Assembly (NCBI GenBank): GCA_040880825.1
Contig: JBBEEK010000187.1
Span: 1-52,967 of the forward strand
Direction of reading: 5' to 3'
Length of the DNA: 52,967 bases
DNA from: Chthoniobacterales bacterium
GTDB taxonomy: Bacteria; Verrucomicrobiota; Verrucomicrobiia; Chthoniobacterales; JACTMZ01
Under the pieces are notes generated by a model. That model made no database searches. It was given only the letters and a program-made list of their open reading frames with translations, and was not told the origin of the DNA. Position 1 is the stretch's first letter. Each line of letters begins with the position of its first letter. Of this stretch, positions 8,299 to 16,312 are shown piece after piece. The translations under genes and the position numbers were made by a program.

Positions 8299-9192
8299 TC
8301 ACGGGCGGAGTGGGAAGTCTGGCGGCACGGGGGCCTCGAATTCGAGCGGACGACCGTCAGCAGGATGGCGGACGGCAATTTTCCACGCATGGAGGAGTTG
8401 GCGGGGGAAGTCGGCGCCGCCGCCGTAAGTGCGGTCGCCGGCGATGGGGTGTCCGAGGTGTTTGAGGTGCACGCGGATCTGGTGGGTGCGGCCGGTTTTC
8501 GGGCGGCATTCGAGGAGCGAGAGGTTGCCGACGGTGGACAGCACGCGCCACGCGGTTTCGGCGGGGCGTGCACCGGGGCGTTGGCTGACGCTCATGCGCT
8601 GGCGGTGGACGGGGTGACGGGCGATGGCGCCGGCGATGGAACCGGCGGTCGCGCGGGGCCGGCCGCGTACGATGGCGAGGTAGGTTTTTCGCGCGCTACG
8701 GTCGGCAAATTGCGCGGCCAGGTCGGCGTGGGCGGCGTCGGATTTGGCCACGAGGATGCAGCCGCTGGTGTCCTTGTCGAGGCGGTGAACGATGCCCGGA
8801 CGCAGGGGGTGTCCGCCGGAGGAGACGGCGTCGCAGTGATGGAGGACAGCGTTAACGAGGGTGCCCTGCCAATGGCCGGCGGCGGGGTGGACGACGAGGC
8901 CGGGGGGTTTGTCGAGGCAGAGCAGGTGCTCGTCCTCGTAGATGATGTGGAGCGGGATATTCTCGGGCGCGGTGTGCACTGGCGGTGCGGCGGGCGGCGG
9001 CGGTGCGGCCTCGACGACATCGCCGGGGCGGAGGGCGTCGGAGGCGCGCGCGGGGAGGCTGTTGATTTTGACGAGCCCGGCGGCCAGCGCTTTCTGCCAG
9101 CGGGCGCGACTGAAGTCCGGCCATTGTTCGGCCAGCCAGCGGTCGAGGCGCGTGGCGCGAAGTTCGGCGGTGCGGCGGAGCGGTTCGTTCAT
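8299..9192 (-). CDS. rluD: RluA/RluD-family 23S rRNA pseudouridine synthase
   Basis: S4-like N-terminus (RLDRWLAEQ...) and catalytic motif HRLDKDTSGCILVAKS. Start at ATG 9192 (MNEPL); the alternative is 9231. Confidence 0.8.
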   Translation of the reverse strand: MNEPLRRTAELRATRLDRWLAEQWPDFSRARWQKALAAGLVKINSLPARASDALRPGDVVEAAPPPPAAPPVHTAPENIPLHIIYEDEHLLCLDKPPGLVVHPAAGHWQGTLVNAVLHHCDAVSSGGHPLRPGIVHRLDKDTSGCILVAKSDAAHADLAAQFADRSARKTYLAIVRGRPRATAGSIAGAIARHPVHRQRMSVSQRPGARPAETAWRVLSTVGNLSLLECRPKTGRTHQIRVHLKHLGHPIAGDRTYGGGADFPRQLLHAWKIAVRHPADGRPLEFEAPVPPDFPLRP

Positions 9193-9224
9193 GGCGGTCG
9201 GCGGAAACGCTGGACGTTCCGGCC

Positions 9225-10874
9225 GTGTCACGCAAGGTTTGCTGCGTGGACGACGAGTCCTCCCCCTGCATCATCGAGACCTGCCCTTCCTGCGGCGGGG
9301 CCATCGATGTGTCCGGTGAATTGCCGTTCGCCCAGATTTATTGTCCCCACTGCGGCGAGGGCATGCGGGCGCGGCGGATCTTCAACAACTTCGAGCTGGT
9401 CGAGTTGATCGGCGAGGGCGGTATGGGGTCGGTCTTCAAGGCCTACGACCACACGCTCGGGCGCATGGTGGCGCTGAAGGTCCTGCGGCGTGAAATGAGC
9501 GCGCGCGAGGATGAGCGGGCCAAGTTGGAGCAGGAAGCGCGGGTCACGGCCTCGGTGAATCATCCGCATGTGGTGCGTGTCTATTCGTTCGGCGAGGCGG
9601 ACGGGCAATTTTATCTGGCGATGGAACTGGTCGAGAAGGGATCGCTTGACGATTTGATGTCCATCCAGACCCGTGTCTCCGAGGCGCAGGTCTTGGAGAT
9701 CGGCGTGCAGATCGCGCAGGGGCTCGAGGCGGCGGCGGAGCGGGGATTGATCCACCGCGACGTGAAGCCCGGCAACATTCTCTTCGCCGACGCGCGCACG
9801 ACGAAGATCGTGGATTTCGGTTTGGCGCGGGTGCTTGAGGAGGAGGCTGAGGCGCGCGGGGAGATCTGGGGGACGCCGTATTACATCGCGCCGGAGCGGC
9901 TCAATTACGAACCGGAGGACTTCCGCAGCGACATCTACAGCCTGGGCGGCACGCTCTTCCACGCCATCGCGGGGCGTCCGCCGTTCGAGGCGGAGAGCGC
10001 GAGCTTGGTCGCGCTCAAGCAGATCAAAAGCCAGCCGGTGAGCCTCGAGGCGTTTGCGCCGGATGTGGCGCCGGAGACGGCCTACGTGATCAACCGCATG
10101 CTGGAGAAAAATCCGGCCGACCGCTACGGGTCCTACGCCGAGCTGATCGAGCATCTCGAGTTCGCGCACGCCAAGGTGCTCGAGCAGGCGGGGCGCCCGG
10201 CGGGGGCGCGGCGCGAGGTGGTCAAGGTCGAGACGAAACGGACGAAACTTTACGCGGCTTTGATTTCCGTGGCGGCCGCCCTGTTCATGTTGGCCGCGGT
10301 GGCTTGGCTGGTGCTGACGAGCGAGCACGAGCAGATCAAAGGACTGCGCGAAACCGTGCTGTCGGCCGAAGAGACCTTGGTGGCGGATCCGCTGGCCGCG
10401 GGTCTGGAGGCGCTGGCGGCGGGCGACTGGACGGAAGCGCGGCGCAATTTCGACGAGGTGGCGGCGTCGGCCCCGCCGCGCAGCGAGCGTGCGCAGTGGG
10501 CGGCTTTCAACATTGCCCTCACGCTCATGTTGTCGGGCGACGAGGTGGCGGGGCGGGAGGAATGGCGGCGATTGTCGCGCGCCGGGTTGTTTTCCGACCG
10601 GCCCGAGGACAGCGCGCTGGCCAACATGTTCCCCGATTGCGCGGACTTCGGCGTGCGCGGGCGCCCGGTGCGGCTCGACGACCTCGGACGCTATCCGCAG
10701 GAGGGGCCGGGCGCGCTGGTGTTTTTTGTCGCGGGGGTGACCGATTGGTCGCTGGGGGACCGGGACGAGGCGAAGCTCCTCCTGGCGCGTTTCCTTGAGA
10801 TCGCGCCGGCGGCCGGGGTGGGCGGGTGGGACAGTTACCGTCGCGTGGCGCAGCGTCTGGTCTCCGGGGACTAG
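9225..10874 (+). CDS. Ser/Thr protein kinase with N-terminal zinc ribbon, one TM segment and a C-terminal extracytoplasmic helical domain
   Basis: Zinc ribbon CPSCGG-x17-CPHCG. Hanks motifs GEGGMGSV, ALK, HRDVKPGNILF, DFGLAR and GTPYYIAPE. TM segment LYAALISVAAALFMLAAVAWLVL. GTG start, uncertain. Confidence 0.85.
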   Translation: MSRKVCCVDDESSPCIIETCPSCGGAIDVSGELPFAQIYCPHCGEGMRARRIFNNFELVELIGEGGMGSVFKAYDHTLGRMVALKVLRREMSAREDERAKLEQEARVTASVNHPHVVRVYSFGEADGQFYLAMELVEKGSLDDLMSIQTRVSEAQVLEIGVQIAQGLEAAAERGLIHRDVKPGNILFADARTTKIVDFGLARVLEEEAEARGEIWGTPYYIAPERLNYEPEDFRSDIYSLGGTLFHAIAGRPPFEAESASLVALKQIKSQPVSLEAFAPDVAPETAYVINRMLEKNPADRYGSYAELIEHLEFAHAKVLEQAGRPAGARREVVKVETKRTKLYAALISVAAALFMLAAVAWLVLTSEHEQIKGLRETVLSAEETLVADPLAAGLEALAAGDWTEARRNFDEVAASAPPRSERAQWAAFNIALTLMLSGDEVAGREEWRRLSRAGLFSDRPEDSALANMFPDCADFGVRGRPVRLDDLGRYPQEGPGALVFFVAGVTDWSLGDRDEAKLLLARFLEIAPAAGVGGWDSYRRVAQRLVSGD

Positions 10875-10913
10875 GGAGTTTGCGCTCGCGGCGTACGCGG
10901 GTAGAATGCGGGT

Positions 10914-12491
10914 ATGAGCGATGCTAATTTTCCCGGCCCGGAGGAATTGCAGCGGCGTTTGCAGGCTTTCCTGCAATCCGCCTTCCAGCAGCAGGGTGCC
11001 GCGGCGGCGGAAACGGCGGGCGCGCCGGTCGACGAGGTCGCGGCGGACGACGGGATTTTCGACTTCCGCCTTACGCCCCGCGAGATCAAGGCGCACCTCG
11101 ACCGTTTTGTCATAAAGCAGGATGAGGCCAAGAAGGTCCTCTCCATTGCGGTCTGCGACCACTACAACCACGCCAACTTTCTCCGCGAGCGCGCGGCGCG
11201 CGGCGAGACGGCGCCGGTGGAATACGCCAAGCAGAACGTGATCATCACGGGTCCGACCGGCGTGGGCAAAACCTACCTCGTGCGGCACATCGCGGAATTG
11301 ATCGGCGTGCCATTTGTCAAAGCCGATGCCACGAAATTCAGCGAGACGGGCTACGTGGGCGGCGACGTGGAGGATCTGGTGCGCGAGCTGGTGCAGAAGG
11401 CCGACGGCGACATGGCGCGGGCCGAACACGGGATTGTTTACATCGACGAGGTGGACAAAATCGCCGCTGCGGGGAACATGATCGGCCGCGACGTGAGCGG
11501 GCGCGGCGTGCAAACCGCGCTGCTCAAACTGATGGAGGAAACCGAGGTGCCGCTGCGCAACCCGATGGATCTGGCCGGGCAGATGCAGGCGGTCATGGAG
11601 CTGCAGCGCGGCAGCAAGCCGGGGCACCAGTCGGTCAACACGCGGAGTATCCTTTTCATCGTCAGCGGCGCCTTCCCGCGGCTGAAGGAAATCGTGGAGA
11701 AGCGGCGCAAGCAGGCGCAGATCGGTTTTGCCGCGCCGGCTGGCGGCGCGGAGGAGGGTCCGTGGCAACACGGGGTGACGACGGCCGACCTCATCGAATA
11801 CGGGATGGAAGCGGAATTCGTCGGCCGTTTGCCGGTGCGCGTGGCCTGCGAGGAACTGACCGCCGGCGACCTGCGCAAAATTTTATCCGAGTCCGAGGGC
11901 AGCGTCTTGCGTCAATACGAGCGGGCCTTCCAAGCTTTCGGCATCGAGGCGGTCTTCGACGACGCGGCCCTCGACCGCATCGCCGCGCTGGCGGCGGAGG
12001 AGGGCACGGGGGCGCGCGGGTTGCTCACGGTGTGCGAGCGGTTGCTGCGCGATTTCAAATTCGAATTGCCCGGCTCGGGGGTGACTTCGCTACGGATCGA
12101 CACCGAGTTGATCGAGCGTCCCGCCGAACGGTTGTCCGGTTTGCAGGCCAGCGGGGTGGACGAGCGCCGGCGTGTGCTGCGGCGCAGTGCGGAGGAATTC
12201 TTCCAGCGGCTCGGCACGGAGCAAGGTGTCGCTTTGCGTTGCGCGCCGGAGGCGCTGGACCTGCTGGTGGAGATGGCGGTGGGGCGGGGGAAGCCGGTGC
12301 GCGAACTTTGCGCGGAGTTGTTCAAGGACTACGAATTCGGGCTGCGGTTGGTGAAGCCTCCGGAGGGGGGTGGTCCGCTCGTCCTGACCCGCGAGGCGGT
12401 CGAGGCGCCCGACAAGTTCTTGAGCGATCTGGTCGTGCGGGCCTATCGTGGCGGATCTGCCGATGAATCGTCCACTCGCTCTGCATCTTAA
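10914..12491 (+). CDS. ClpX-family AAA+ ATPase paralog lacking the N-terminal zinc-binding domain, with a ~120-aa C-terminal extension
   Basis: Walker A GPTGVGKT, pore-1 loop GYVG, Walker B IVYIDEVDK, an IGF tripeptide (AQIGFAAP) and sensor-2-like TGARGL. No Cys in the first ~80 residues. Confidence 0.75.
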   Translation: MSDANFPGPEELQRRLQAFLQSAFQQQGAAAAETAGAPVDEVAADDGIFDFRLTPREIKAHLDRFVIKQDEAKKVLSIAVCDHYNHANFLRERAARGETAPVEYAKQNVIITGPTGVGKTYLVRHIAELIGVPFVKADATKFSETGYVGGDVEDLVRELVQKADGDMARAEHGIVYIDEVDKIAAAGNMIGRDVSGRGVQTALLKLMEETEVPLRNPMDLAGQMQAVMELQRGSKPGHQSVNTRSILFIVSGAFPRLKEIVEKRRKQAQIGFAAPAGGAEEGPWQHGVTTADLIEYGMEAEFVGRLPVRVACEELTAGDLRKILSESEGSVLRQYERAFQAFGIEAVFDDAALDRIAALAAEEGTGARGLLTVCERLLRDFKFELPGSGVTSLRIDTELIERPAERLSGLQASGVDERRRVLRRSAEEFFQRLGTEQGVALRCAPEALDLLVEMAVGRGKPVRELCAELFKDYEFGLRLVKPPEGGGPLVLTREAVEAPDKFLSDLVVRAYRGGSADESSTRSAS

Positions 12492-13602
12492 GGCCGCGTT
12501 GATCTGCGCGCTGGTCGCCGTTGTGCTGGCCCTGCCTTTGCTCTGGGTGCCGCAACTGCCGGCGTGGCAGGGTTGGCGTCCGCCGGTGGTGAGTCCGCGG
12601 GCCGAGGCGATCATGGCCCTGATCATGGCGTTCTGGGTCGCTTGGTGTGTGGTCGATATCCCGCGGCGTGGTTTGAAAGTGCTCATCTGGTTGGCCACGC
12701 TGTGGTTGTTGGGGGGCGGGATCTGGTTGGCGGGGCTTTACGGCTACGATGCGAGTTCCTTGGTGCCGTTGACCGCGGCCGGTCTGGCCGGCGCCGGGGC
12801 GCTGGTGTTTTCTTTCACGCCGCCCGGCTCACGGCGGGCGCGCTGGCAATCCCTGGTCGGCGGCCGGGTTGCTCCGGAAGTGTTGCGCGCGCGCATTGAC
12901 GAAAGCCGATTGGAAGAAGGTCCGCGGACCGAGGTGCTGGCCGTGGCCGAGGTGCTGTGGCCGGGCGCCGAGCGGGGCAACGGCGAGTCGTGGATGGGGA
13001 TGTCTTTGCTGGCCTCCCGTGCGGCGGAGCATTTCCAGCGGGCGGGAGGTTATCTCGAGCGCTGCGATGCGGAGGGAGCGCTTTTCGCTTTCGGTTTGTG
13101 GGGGCGGAACGTCGAGACCCCCGAAGTGGTCGAGGCCTTGTGGAAGTGGGTCAAAGAGGCGGGCGGGTGCGCGGCGCTGACGCGCGGCGAATGTGTGGCC
13201 GGGGTCGGTTATTTTCCTGCCGAGGTGCGTTGGACGCTGGGCGGCTCGCCTTTGCGCAAGGCCCGTCGCATGGCTTCGGCGGCGCGGGGTTACGCGGCCG
13301 GCCTGCTGGTCGAGGAGTCGTTGGCGGTCGAGGTTGCGGCGACCTGGCCGGCGCGCCGGGTGGCCTGGTGGGAATTCGAGGGCGAGCGTTTGCTCTTGCA
13401 CGAGGTGACCGGGCCGGCGGACGAAGAGCGGAACGGCGAGGACCTGCGCCGGTGGAATCGTGCGTGGGAGGCTTTCTGGGAAGGGCAGTGGGCGGATGCG
13501 GAAAATGCGTTTGCCGCGCTGGCCCGCGAGCGGGACGACGCCGCGGCCCGGATCTTCGCCCTGCGCAGCGCGGCAGCGCGCCGGTCGGCCTCCGGATCGT
13601 GA
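12463..13602 (+). CDS. 4-TM membrane protein with a divergent class III nucleotidyl-cyclase-like cytoplasmic domain
   Basis: Four hydrophobic helices in the first ~130 aa. The C-terminal part aligns by eye to cyclase homology domain blocks (EVLAVAEVLW / GGYLERCDAEGALFAFG / TRGECVAGVGYF...WTLGGSPLRKARRMASAA...LLVEESL). Start at ATG 12463 or GTG 12448. Overlaps the upstream gene. Confidence 0.5.
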   Translation: MNRPLALHLKAALICALVAVVLALPLLWVPQLPAWQGWRPPVVSPRAEAIMALIMAFWVAWCVVDIPRRGLKVLIWLATLWLLGGGIWLAGLYGYDASSLVPLTAAGLAGAGALVFSFTPPGSRRARWQSLVGGRVAPEVLRARIDESRLEEGPRTEVLAVAEVLWPGAERGNGESWMGMSLLASRAAEHFQRAGGYLERCDAEGALFAFGLWGRNVETPEVVEALWKWVKEAGGCAALTRGECVAGVGYFPAEVRWTLGGSPLRKARRMASAARGYAAGLLVEESLAVEVAATWPARRVAWWEFEGERLLLHEVTGPADEERNGEDLRRWNRAWEAFWEGQWADAENAFAALARERDDAAARIFALRSAAARRSASGS

Positions 13603-14207
13603 AACAGGCGGACTATCCCGAGCCTTTCAAGGCGCTGGTGCGCGAGTTGCGGCGCCTGCCGGGGGTGGGGCCGCGCAGTGCCGAACGTATGGCGCTGTGG
13701 CTGCTGGAGGACGGGGAGCGCCCGACCGCGCTCTCCGGCTTGCTGGGCGCGGCGCGTGACGGGTTGCGCCATTGCACGGAGTGCGGATTTTTCAGCGAGG
13801 AAGAGATTTGCGTGATCTGCGCGGAGGATGGACGCGAGTTATTGCTCTGCGTGGTCGAGCGGGCCACGGATATCCTGCCGATCGAACGTTCGGGGGCTTT
13901 TCGCGGGCGTTACCACGCGCTGGGCGGGCGTCTGTCGCCGCTCGAGCATGTCGGTCCGGAGGATTTGCGGCTGGGGGAATTGACGGCGAGGCTCGATCGC
14001 GGGGCATTCACCGAGGTGATTCTGGCCTTGAGCACGGATGTGGAGGGCGAGGCGACGGCGAATTACTTGGCTGAGATTCTGGCGCCACGCGGGGTGCGCG
14101 TCTCGCGTCTGGCTCAGGGCATGCCGGCCGGTGGGGGGCTGGAACATGCCGACGAGCTGACGCTGGCGCGTGCTCTGACCGGGCGGCGGCAGGCCGGGGT
14201 GGACTGA
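13599..14207 (+). CDS. recR: Recombination protein RecR
   Basis: HhH region LRRLPGVGPRSAERMA, C4 zinc finger CTECGFFSEEEICVIC, Toprim region and C-terminal GMPAGGGLEHAD. GTG start at 13599 forms a GTGA overlap with the upstream stop. The track ORF 12957..14207 is over-extended. Confidence 0.85.
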   Translation: MKQADYPEPFKALVRELRRLPGVGPRSAERMALWLLEDGERPTALSGLLGAARDGLRHCTECGFFSEEEICVICAEDGRELLLCVVERATDILPIERSGAFRGRYHALGGRLSPLEHVGPEDLRLGELTARLDRGAFTEVILALSTDVEGEATANYLAEILAPRGVRVSRLAQGMPAGGGLEHADELTLARALTGRRQAGVD

Positions 14208-15172
14208 TGAGAATGGCGGCAGCACTGCTGGTGGTTGTGGCGGCGTCCGCCGCGCCGGCGGCGACGACGGAGGATTGGACCCGCGCGGCCGAGTATTCGG
14301 CGTCGCGCGGGGAGACTTCTTTGCTGGTCTGGCGGGGGGGCAAGACGGTGTTCGAGCGGCGTGAACCGGGCCCACCGCCGCGCATCTACAGCATCACCAA
14401 GAGCCTGGTGTCCATTGGCGTGTTCCGCGACGCGAAAACCGGCGGGCTCTCGCTCGGACAGGCGGCGGGGCACCGTGCGGCGGGCGGGGTGCCGCTGGCC
14501 GACCTGCTCAACCAGACGTCCGGCCTGCCTTCGGCGCACCGCGAGTTCTATGCCCAAGGTCTGAAGGATAAGCAGCCGGTGCTCGACAAACTGCGGCGGC
14601 GGGGCGGCGGGACGTTTGTCTACGGTCCGTCCCACTGGGAGGTGCTGGCCGAGGAGATCCGGCTGCGCCGCGGTCCGTCGCTCGAGGGGTGGTTGCGGCG
14701 TTTCGTGCCGGGGGTGCGGTCCGAGGCGGTGGCGCGGTGGACGCGCGATGACCACGGCCGGATCTTTTTTTCGACGGGCGCGCGGATGGACGCGGAAGAC
14801 CTGCTGCCGGCGGGACGCGAGGTGCTCGATGGCTTGCGGCGCGCGCGCTGGCCCGGCGAGGTGCGTTCGTTTTTGTCGTCCGGGACGGAGGCCAACCGGA
14901 TGTATGCGCTGGGCTTTTGGCTGAACCGCGGGGCGGGGTCCGGCGCGGCGCGGGAAATCGACGTCGAGACGGCCTTGGGCCAGGATCATCCGCCGGATTT
15001 CTGGCGCGACGGGTGCCTGAGCCGCACGGCGCCGCCCGACCTGCTGGCCATGATCGGCACGCGGGGTCAGCGGGTTTACGTGGTGCCTTCGCGCAATCTG
15101 GTGGTGATTCGCCTCGGCGACGGCCGCGGGTTTTCCGACGCGGAATTTTTGCGGCGCCTGTTCGGCACTTGA
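14207..15172 (+). CDS. Beta-lactamase-fold serine hydrolase (secreted)
   Basis: Signal peptide MRMAAALLVVVAASAAPA and SxxK motif YSITKS. The start overlaps the recR stop by 1 nt. Confidence 0.6.
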   Translation: MRMAAALLVVVAASAAPAATTEDWTRAAEYSASRGETSLLVWRGGKTVFERREPGPPPRIYSITKSLVSIGVFRDAKTGGLSLGQAAGHRAAGGVPLADLLNQTSGLPSAHREFYAQGLKDKQPVLDKLRRRGGGTFVYGPSHWEVLAEEIRLRRGPSLEGWLRRFVPGVRSEAVARWTRDDHGRIFFSTGARMDAEDLLPAGREVLDGLRRARWPGEVRSFLSSGTEANRMYALGFWLNRGAGSGAAREIDVETALGQDHPPDFWRDGCLSRTAPPDLLAMIGTRGQRVYVVPSRNLVVIRLGDGRGFSDAEFLRRLFGT

Positions 15173-15177
15173 GGGGA

Positions 15178-16308
15178 TCAGTAACCGGCGGGGGGCAGCG
15201 CAGGTCGCGCGGGCAGGGCGCGCGGAGCGGCGTCGGGCGGCAGAGCGACGAGCAGGGTGGATTCGCCCCGCTGCCAGCGGTAGCCGAATCCGAACGGGAG
15301 CGGAAAACCGGCGCCGCCTTGGTAGGCGGAGCGCAGGGAGGGTTGGTCGTATTGGGCGAAGATCTCCAGCGGCGTGGTGTAGTTGCCGAAATGCATGACG
15401 TGCCAATCGCGTCCGCGAAAGACGGAGAGCGGGATGCCGGAGTCGTCCTGCACGATGGCGCGGCAGTGGCCGAGCAGGAAATCGCGGATGCGGTTGAAGC
15501 CGCCGGTTTGCATGAGGTAGGAAGCGGCTTTGAGGTAGCCGGTGGCGGGGCCGCGGGAGGCCAGCCAGTCGAGGACGGCGGGGTTGGACTTGAGGGCGCT
15601 GTCGGCGAGGTTGGCTTGCAGGTAGACGACCTCGGCGGGCGGGGCGCCGGGCGCCGGGCGGAAGACGATGCGCAGGGCGGCCTGACCATCCGCCGACTCA
15701 CCGCGGGCCAGCGTGCCGTCGCGTCCGAGGGTGAGGCGCTCGGCGGTGTCGATGCGGGCGTCGATGAAGGAGAGGAAGACGAGCATGATGGGGAAGACGC
15801 CCTGGAAGTGCGAGGCGGCCAGTTCGCTCTTCATGTCCTTGGTGATGAAGTGGCTGAAATTCATGATGACCTCGGTCGATTTGCGCAGCATGGCGAGGCT
15901 GGCGTGCAGCTCCTCCGGGGACAGCGAGAGGGGGTTGGTCAGTTTGCCGACGGGCTCCAGTCCGCCGAGGGCGTAGAGCCGGGCTTCGGGAAAAAGTGCG
16001 AGCGTGCTGACGAGGTCCGGTCCGCCGAACATGTAGGTCACTTGCGAGGATGGTCCGATCCGCGGGACGAGTTCGGTGGCAGTCCAGGAACGCATGGGCG
16101 CGAAGTAAAGTTCGTCATAGCGGAACCACTGGGCGGCGTAGTCGCGGGCGTGCGCGCGGTAATCCGCCGACTCTTGCAGCGCGGCCAGCGGGCTATCCGG
16201 CGGCAGTTGCCGTCCGGCGAGGAAGGCACCGAGTTCGGTCGGCGAAACGGCGTGCGCGGAGGCCAGCAGGTTGGCGGCCAGCAGGCCGGCAAGGACGGCG
16301 CGTTTCAT
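15178..16308 (-). CDS. Secreted protein of unknown function
   Basis: 376 aa. Signal peptide MKRAVLAGLLAANLLASAHA. C-rich third codon positions. 4 nt downstream of the permease gene. I recognise no family motif. Confidence 0.5.
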   Translation of the reverse strand: MKRAVLAGLLAANLLASAHAVSPTELGAFLAGRQLPPDSPLAALQESADYRAHARDYAAQWFRYDELYFAPMRSWTATELVPRIGPSSQVTYMFGGPDLVSTLALFPEARLYALGGLEPVGKLTNPLSLSPEELHASLAMLRKSTEVIMNFSHFITKDMKSELAASHFQGVFPIMLVFLSFIDARIDTAERLTLGRDGTLARGESADGQAALRIVFRPAPGAPPAEVVYLQANLADSALKSNPAVLDWLASRGPATGYLKAASYLMQTGGFNRIRDFLLGHCRAIVQDDSGIPLSVFRGRDWHVMHFGNYTTPLEIFAQYDQPSLRSAYQGGAGFPLPFGFGYRWQRGESTLLVALPPDAAPRALPARPALPPAGY

Positions 16309-16312
16309 CCGG

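Noticed and set aside
9228-11771. 847-aa minus-strand ORF spanning the kinase and ClpX-like genes
   Set aside because: It is antisense to two ORFs that carry complete, ordered catalytic motifs. Its own translation is Arg/Pro/His/Leu-rich low complexity with no motif. Long stop-free antisense frames are expected at this GC content.
12957-13598. Upstream 214 codons of the ORF containing recR (track 12957..14207)
   Set aside because: Gly/Arg-rich alternative frame of the cyclase-like membrane protein gene. RecR homology begins at the GTG at 13599.
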